Origin: Bdellovibrionia bacterium
Lineage (GTDB): Bacteria > Bdellovibrionota > UBA1018
DNA: 64,000 nt
Reading direction: 5' to 3'
Assembly: GCA_045805065.1 (NCBI GenBank)
Contig: JBJMMA010000259.1
Span: 2,874 to 66,873 of the forward strand
Part shown: positions 58,446 to 64,000 of the stretch, one piece after another
Numbering within the stretch: position 1 is the stretch's first letter
Layout of the letters: every line of letters begins with the position of its first letter
Program-made: the position numbers and the translations under genes
The notes under the pieces: generated by a model
Database searches by the model: none
Seen by the model: the letters and a program-made list of their open reading frames with translations, nothing else
What the model was told of the DNA's origin: nothing

Positions 58446-59252
58446 ATGCGCTCAAGTGAAACCAGGCCTTCTGCCAGAACTTTAACAAAGCCTTCAAAGG
58501 AATTCGTCGATCTGCTGGAAGACGAGTTCGCACGAAGAAGCAAGCGCAACCCATCGTACTCACTTCGCGCCTTCGCAAAATCCTTGGGGGTGCATCATTA
58601 TACGCTTTCAAGAATACTCAAGGAGCGACGGCCGCTGACTCTGAAGATGATTCAGAAGCTGGTATCCAAGCTCAAGATGGAACCTGAAACGGTCCAGCAA
58701 TTTCTCACTCAGTCCCGTGAGCGAAAAAGAAAACTTCCTCATTTTGAACCGCTCGAGCTTGATAAATATCAAGTCATTCACGATTGGTATCATACCGCGA
58801 TTTTTGAGCTCGTCACGGTCAAGGGATTTCAACCTACACCCGAGTGGATATCGGAGCGTCTCAACATCTCCCAACCCATTGCTGCAAGTGCTATCGACCG
58901 ATTGTTCAGGGTAGGGCTTTTGACCCAGGATAAAAACGGGAAATGGATTCAAACCTCCGCGAACATCACGACGACGCAAAATGATTTTACGACCCAAGCG
59001 CTGCGTGCTCGGCAAAAGCAAGTCCTCGAGCTCGGCATCCGCGCAGTCGATGAAATTTCTTACGAGATGCGCGTTCAGGGCGCCACAACCATAGCGATGA
59101 ACAGCAAACGCCTGCCCGAAGTTCGCAAAAGAGTGCATCAATTTCGAAAGCAACTCTGCTCGATTCTGCAAAAAGACAAAGAGCGCGATGTCGTCTATGA
59201 GCTTGTGACCTCATTTTATCCCATGACGGCTGTCAAAGGATCCAAGAAATGA
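58446..59252 (+). CDS. HTH DNA-binding protein resembling the TIGR02147 paralogous family
   Basis: N-terminal HTH 'SYSLRAFAKSLGVHHYTLSRILKERRPLTLKMIQKLVSKL'. 268 aa. Family assignment is from memory of the family description, not a search. Confidence 0.5.
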   Translation: MRSSETRPSARTLTKPSKEFVDLLEDEFARRSKRNPSYSLRAFAKSLGVHHYTLSRILKERRPLTLKMIQKLVSKLKMEPETVQQFLTQSRERKRKLPHFEPLELDKYQVIHDWYHTAIFELVTVKGFQPTPEWISERLNISQPIAASAIDRLFRVGLLTQDKNGKWIQTSANITTTQNDFTTQALRARQKQVLELGIRAVDEISYEMRVQGATTIAMNSKRLPEVRKRVHQFRKQLCSILQKDKERDVVYELVTSFYPMTAVKGSKK

Positions 59253-60328
59253 AAAATCTCTTCATCTTAACGGCCTTTATTTTGAATTTATTTTTCACTC
59301 CACGCTTGTCGATTGCCGGAGCGGATACTCATGGCGGCGGCTCGATTGTCTGCCGTGATCGCAACGGGATGATCAAGACGGATCCACTTTCTGTTGAGCT
59401 ATTAGATCTGTGGGAAGCGGAAGCGGTTTTCAAGTATCATGTTGTAAGGACAAATGAGCCTTGGGAAGTGCAAGCCAAAGAAGCAATCGAGAAACTGCGG
59501 CTATGGGACTTCGATTTGGTTTCCGAAGCCGTGCCTTATCTTGGAATTCCGCTGTGGAATGATGCGGATATTCAGCACGAACGCGAGGCCATTAACAGAC
59601 ATGTTCCGTATCGAGATTTGGTTATCGTCGACATTCAAGACCCGCGAGCTGGAGGGATGGGGATAGGCATCGCTTCTCCGAACGACACGAGAGCTGGTTT
59701 CACGAAGAAAGGCTGCGCGCTCGAAGGCGCCGCGACTTTCAACGATGCTAAAAACTATCTGATCGTCGACACGGAGATCGTCTCCAAAATGGCTCCAACC
59801 GATTACGCAGCCTTGAGAGTTCATGAGGCGGTGTACCGCGCTCTTCGAACTTTGAAGGGAGTGACGGATTCTTTGTTGGCCCGGGCGATTACCGGAATGC
59901 TTTTTACCACTGAGCCTTTACTGAACGGATCCGCAAATGCGATTCCACCCGAAGCTAAAGTTTGTAGTTCGAGAAATGGCGACTATGTATTTTCGCTCTT
60001 TCCGAAAGAAGAAAAGCTCTTTCTACAATTCAAGGTGATGCGTGGCTTGCCGGTGATCGATTCGTCCTACTCCGAAATTCCTGCGACGTCCGACCGGTTC
60101 GCCGCAACTGACAGTTCAAATCGGATCAGAGCTGCAATGGAAGAGATGCTTCTAGGGAACAATCCTACTTTCTTCATCGGTCCGCATAACGGCGAATGGC
60201 GAGATGACTGCTTAAGCGTGTCCAAGCGAGCTGCATCAAATGAGCGCCATCCCTGGAATGCGAGCGACGATCGCGTTTGTTTTGGCAAAGTGGAAACTTC
60301 GCTTTCGTCAGCTATTTATTGCTATTAA
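59249..60328 (+). CDS. Hypothetical secreted protein
   Basis: Signal peptide 'MKNLFILTAFILNLFFTPRLSIAGA'. ATGA overlap with the upstream regulator gene. No motif recognised. Confidence 0.5.
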   Translation: MKNLFILTAFILNLFFTPRLSIAGADTHGGGSIVCRDRNGMIKTDPLSVELLDLWEAEAVFKYHVVRTNEPWEVQAKEAIEKLRLWDFDLVSEAVPYLGIPLWNDADIQHEREAINRHVPYRDLVIVDIQDPRAGGMGIGIASPNDTRAGFTKKGCALEGAATFNDAKNYLIVDTEIVSKMAPTDYAALRVHEAVYRALRTLKGVTDSLLARAITGMLFTTEPLLNGSANAIPPEAKVCSSRNGDYVFSLFPKEEKLFLQFKVMRGLPVIDSSYSEIPATSDRFAATDSSNRIRAAMEEMLLGNNPTFFIGPHNGEWRDDCLSVSKRAASNERHPWNASDDRVCFGKVETSLSSAIYCY

Positions 60329-60561
60329 GATCTGCAGATTTAAGCCGGCACAACTCTTCAGTTGTGCCGGTTTTTTCGCAAATTTGCCTCGTATTTTTCA
60401 ATAGATAGCGTGTATCTAGGCTTTCGCGCTCTCTTTGAAATGTACATAATTAGTCAGCCAATGAAACAATTGAGTCACATCACGCAAATAGTACGTACGA
60501 CGGGTTGACTCACATTCTTCGATACAACTCCACTCCGTCATAAAGCGTTTGGGTTGTTTCT

Positions 60562-62637
60562 ATGAAGACATTAAAACTCGATTGGAGCGAGCTTTCATCC
60601 GATTCACGAGGCTTTGGCCTGGTTGAAATCATGATTGCTGCAGGCATCGGAAGCGTTGTGATGCTCTCGATGTCATCGATGATGACATCGATGAATCAGT
60701 CACTTCGCGGCACAAGAACTCTTTCTTCGCGCGATCAATTATACACCCGATTCGGTCGCGAAGCGGCCAACCCCACCTCGCTGGGACAAAGTCTCACCTT
60801 CGTCGGTACGACGGCATTCCCGGCAAATGGTCCGGGAAGCATGATGGATAAATGCGTGAATGGCGGCACGCCAAATGGTTGTGTCGCACGCAATTCCACC
60901 ACTTATGCTCCCATCAGCTATGGCTTCACCCTGACTGATGCATTAGGAAATCCTGTTGCAGGCCCAGACACCGCGAACGCGGCCGTCTATGACACGATGG
61001 GCGCAGCCTGCGGAAGCGCATCAACAACATCACCGTCGATCAACTGCCCAGTGATTGCTTACACTTCCTTTGTACCAGTCTGTCCTGGCGCTACGCCCGC
61101 CGCCAGTGTGCAATGTGATCGCGCTACGAGCATCATCGTCACTTACACTCTGGAACAGCGAAGCGGCATCTCGATTCCAGCCGGCACAACCTTTGCGGTT
61201 TTTAAACCCATGGCGGGAACGGTCACAACAGCGATCCCCTTTCCTGCCACAGGAACAACAGGCGTTGGAAATTTTCTCGCCAAATGGGTGTCTAACACGC
61301 AACTGAGCTCAAGTCAGGTTTACGAGGACCCCATCAATCAATACATCGGCCTGGGTACTACCACGCCTTTGTCCAAGCTGACGATTCAAGACACGAGAAC
61401 TGATACTGCAGCAAGCGCTCAGGGCGTATCCTTGATCTCCAGCCAGCAGGTGAATCCCTCGACAACCAGTAACACGCAATTTTCCGCAGGTCTTTTCATG
61501 TCGAAAGGCGTCTCCAATGTGAATCTTATGAGAGGGATCTCCTCGCTTGCAGGAATTGCGAACTGGTCGGCGCCTACTGCTACTACGCACTCCATTTACG
61601 GCACGGAGGGAGTGGCTCTAAATACATCGACGGGCGTGGCCGACTCGGCTTTTGGAGTGGCGGGAACAATCCGAAATCAAGCGGGTGGATCGATTAACTT
61701 TGCAAAAGGGGTCGGCGGATATGTGTACAACGATTCCACAGGGACGATCACAAATGCCTATGCAGGGCATTTCCAAATCAACCCTCCTCAGTCACCTCCT
61801 CTCACCGGCAATCCAATTGTCAATGCTTACGGTGTCTATATTGATCGGATCGATAATGCGACTAACAAGTGGGCGCTTTATTCTAACGACAGCAGTGCAC
61901 CTAGTTATATCGCTGGAACTTTAACGATTGGTCCGACGGGCGCATATAACGGCGCTGCGAGCCGTTTATACGTTGGAGCGGATGGCACCACGGGCCGATC
62001 CATAAATGCAGCAGGTACCATTAACGCTTCGGGCGCAGATTTCGCGGAGTGGGTCGATTGGAAGAAAGGACCTAAGCCCGAAATGGGTTCAGTCGTTTTA
62101 TATAAGGGAATTTACGTCGTTGTTTCATCAGAAAAAACAGCGGCGTTTGTTGGTAACGACAAAAAGGATTTGAGTAGATCCATCCTGGTCGCCTTCGCAG
62201 GCCAACTCCCCGTATTGATCCGAGGCCCAATTCACGTCGGTGATTTGGTGATTGGAAATGGAGATGGAACAGCCAAAGCAGTTGCTAGAAAAGACGTCAC
62301 GATCGACATGGCTCAAAAAACCGTAGGCACGGCGTGGGAGACGTCAAATGACCCTGCCGTAAAAAGAGTAAACGTCGCCGTAGGACTTGGCTTAAACGGT
62401 GGTGGCGTACGGGATATAGCTTCGCTTTCAGCTGATGTTCAAAAAGGCAAAGCCGAGAATGAAAAGCTGAAGCAAGAAAACGTCGCTTTGGCCAAAGAGC
62501 TCGGCGATCTTAAATCGCGTTTAGATCAAATCGAGAACTCACTCAAGGCCCGCGCAGATTCATCCTATTGGAAAGTTGCCCGAAGTGAAATTTTCAAATT
62601 CACTCAGACGCTAGCTCTATGCTCAGGAGGGACTTAA
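60562..62637 (+). CDS. Large (691 aa) protein with a type IV prepilin-like N-terminal cleavage/methylation segment, a Thr/Ser/Gly-rich beta-rich body and a C-terminal coiled coil
   Basis: '...SDSRG|[18 protein letters not shown]' fits the prepilin G/F-x-x-x-E(+5) pattern followed by a hydrophobic helix. C-terminal heptad-like '[30 protein letters not shown]'. Confidence 0.6.
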   Translation: MKTLKLDWSELSSDSRGFGLVEIMIAAGIGSVVMLSMSSMMTSMNQSLRGTRTLSSRDQLYTRFGREAANPTSLGQSLTFVGTTAFPANGPGSMMDKCVNGGTPNGCVARNSTTYAPISYGFTLTDALGNPVAGPDTANAAVYDTMGAACGSASTTSPSINCPVIAYTSFVPVCPGATPAASVQCDRATSIIVTYTLEQRSGISIPAGTTFAVFKPMAGTVTTAIPFPATGTTGVGNFLAKWVSNTQLSSSQVYEDPINQYIGLGTTTPLSKLTIQDTRTDTAASAQGVSLISSQQVNPSTTSNTQFSAGLFMSKGVSNVNLMRGISSLAGIANWSAPTATTHSIYGTEGVALNTSTGVADSAFGVAGTIRNQAGGSINFAKGVGGYVYNDSTGTITNAYAGHFQINPPQSPPLTGNPIVNAYGVYIDRIDNATNKWALYSNDSSAPSYIAGTLTIGPTGAYNGAASRLYVGADGTTGRSINAAGTINASGADFAEWVDWKKGPKPEMGSVVLYKGIYVVVSSEKTAAFVGNDKKDLSRSILVAFAGQLPVLIRGPIHVGDLVIGNGDGTAKAVARKDVTIDMAQKTVGTAWETSNDPAVKRVNVAVGLGLNGGGVRDIASLSADVQKGKAENEKLKQENVALAKELGDLKSRLDQIENSLKARADSSYWKVARSEIFKFTQTLALCSGGT

Positions 62638-62638
62638 T

Positions 62639-64000
62639 ATGGAAAAGCTTTTTTCGAAAAGCTCTTTCATAGGTGAATCCCGCGGGTTGGCCATTTTAAC
62701 CTGCGCACTTACCCTCTTTCATTCTTCTCACGCAGCGTTCGCATTTTCAGAAAATGCGCAGACCTTTACGTATCAGGGCCAATTGCTCGACAGCCTGGGC
62801 AGTCCCCTTCTCGATCACACTGTTTCGATTGTTCTTTCGATCTACAATCCGGCCAAGACCTGTCTTCTCTATCAAGAGAGCCAGACCGTCGACACTTATG
62901 CGACCGATGGCATGTATTCGGTTCAAGTCGGACAATCCACAACTTCGGGAGGAAAACGCACTGCGAACGATCCGGGTTTGAGAATGGCAGCCATCTTCAG
63001 AAACGATGGCTCACAAGTCCGCTCCGCGGGCGCAACCTGTTCAGGCGGCTACATCGCATCACCCGGTGATGCGCGTCTCATGCAGGTGCAAATCACGCCA
63101 AGCTCCACCGGTGTTGCAGTCACTCTTTCGCCTGATGAAACCATTGATTCAGTTCCACAAGCCTGGTCCGCTGAAACCTTTCAGGGCATTACGCTTGGAA
63201 ATTTTATTCAGCTCTCAGGTTCTGATGCAGTTATTCCCTCGGGCAATGGCTTGAAAGTGAATGGAGCTGAAGTCATCGACTCAAACGGAAATTGGGTGGG
63301 ATCAAACTCAGGTCTCGTGGGCCCTACCGGTGCTACCGGAGTTGCTGGTGCAACGGGAGCGGTCGGACCTACAGGTGCTTCTGGTGCAACGGGAGCCACT
63401 GGCGCAGTTGGCCCAACTGGCATAACTGGACCTGCTGGCGCGGCTGGCGCTACCGGTCCAACTGGACCAGCAGGTTCCGTTGGTGCGACGGGTGCGACGG
63501 GCGTTACTGGCGCGACGGGCGCAACAGGAACGAATGGCACGAACGGTACCAATGGAGCTACCGGCGCGACGGGTGCCACCGGCGCAACAGGAGCTACAGG
63601 CACCAATGGCACTAACGGTACCAATGGTGCAACAGGTGCCACTGGAGCCACCGGAGTTACGGGAGCAACTGGCACTAACGGTTCAAATGGAGCTACCGGT
63701 GTCACTGGCGCAACCGGTGCATCAGGAACGAATGGTACCAACGGCTCAAATGGCGCTACCGGTGCGACAGGTGCGACTGGAACCACCGGGGCTACGGGAG
63801 CAACAGGCGCTACTGGAACGAACGGTACAAATGGAATCAACGGCGCTACTGGAGCAACCGGTATCACTGGCGCGACGGGTGCTACCGGCGCAACAGGAGC
63901 CACAGGCACCAATGGTGTAACTGGAGCCACCGGCACTACTGGCGCGACAGGTCCTACCGGAGTTACTGGTGCGACTGGTCCTACAGGAACGAATGGTACT
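62639..64000 (+). CDS. Secreted collagen-like (Gly-X-Y triple-helix repeat) protein, 3' end beyond the window
   Basis: ATG 62639 is preceded by 'AGGAGGG' 7 nt upstream and lies 1 nt after the upstream stop. Signal peptide '[35 protein letters not shown]'. A ~190-aa N-terminal domain follows. From about 63320 there are more than 225 residues of uninterrupted G-X-Y (GPT/GAT/GTN...). Not in the ORF track because no stop occurs before the window end. Confidence 0.75.
   Translation, partial: MEKLFSKSSFIGESRGLAILTCALTLFHSSHAAFAFSENAQTFTYQGQLLDSLGSPLLDHTVSIVLSIYNPAKTCLLYQESQTVDTYATDGMYSVQVGQSTTSGGKRTANDPGLRMAAIFRNDGSQVRSAGATCSGGYIASPGDARLMQVQITPSSTGVAVTLSPDETIDSVPQAWSAETFQGITLGNFIQLSGSDAVIPSGNGLKVNGAEVIDSNGNWVGSNSGLVGPTGATGVAGATGAVGPTGASGATGATGAVGPTGITGPAGAAGATGPTGPAGSVGATGATGVTGATGATGTNGTNGTNGATGATGATGATGATGTNGTNGTNGATGATGATGVTGATGTNGSNGATGVTGATGASGTNGTNGSNGATGATGATGTTGATGATGATGTNGTNGINGATGATGITGATGATGATGATGTNGVTGATGTTGATGPTGVTGATGPTGTNGT

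Noticed and set aside
63208-63936. 242-aa minus-strand ORF made of PVAPV repeats
   Set aside because: This is the reverse-complement reading of the GCNACNGGN collagen repeat. The plus-strand Gly-X-Y frame has a signal peptide, N-domain and RBS, so this is a frame artefact.

Overview
Best guess is a chromosomal segment of a Bdellovibrio-like bacterium. Support is about 50% GC, a nusA-infB-rbfA-truB core, many secreted hydrolases and lipoproteins, and an HTH regulator that resembles the TIGR02147 family. All identifications are by eye from motifs, with no database searches.

The first ~39.6 kb is housekeeping: nusA (3' part), infB, rbfA, truB, hflX, a class IV aminotransferase, an IMPase, a BAAT-family thioesterase, a DsbA-like lipoprotein, kpsF/kdsD-like, pyk, mutS, mutY, an Ami-type amidase, a XerC/D recombinase, an M50 protease, trpS, an AlkD-like repair protein, scpA, scpB, rluB and a sensor kinase. 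A lectin/beta-helix secreted protein is embedded in this stretch.

An initiator tRNA-fMet sits at 39667..39743. The 3' end of this tRNA plus its terminator recurs in diverged form at 46617..46700, and related junction motifs recur at about 53575..53660. A 27-nt internal tRNA fragment lies at 42114..42140, and a truncated gene fragment abuts the 46.6 kb junction. I read this as at least two blocks of accreted island material without an integrase:
- ~39.8-46.7 kb: NDH-2, an SDR-family protein, a MEDS-domain histidine kinase, an esterase, a class II aldolase and an SRPBCC protein.
- ~46.7-55 kb: a ricin-lectin protein, an SGNH hydrolase, a caspase-like protease, a frameshifted lipocalin and two lipases.

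The window ends with a hybrid histidine kinase, a translationally coupled receiver-only regulator, and the most unusual locus. That locus is an HTH regulator, a secreted protein, a 691-aa protein with a type IV prepilin N-terminus, and a collagen-like Gly-X-Y protein. The collagen-like ORF runs off the window end and is absent from the ORF track.

A perfect GC-rich palindrome, ACTCCGCCGGCGGAGT, recurs in three divergent intergenic regions.
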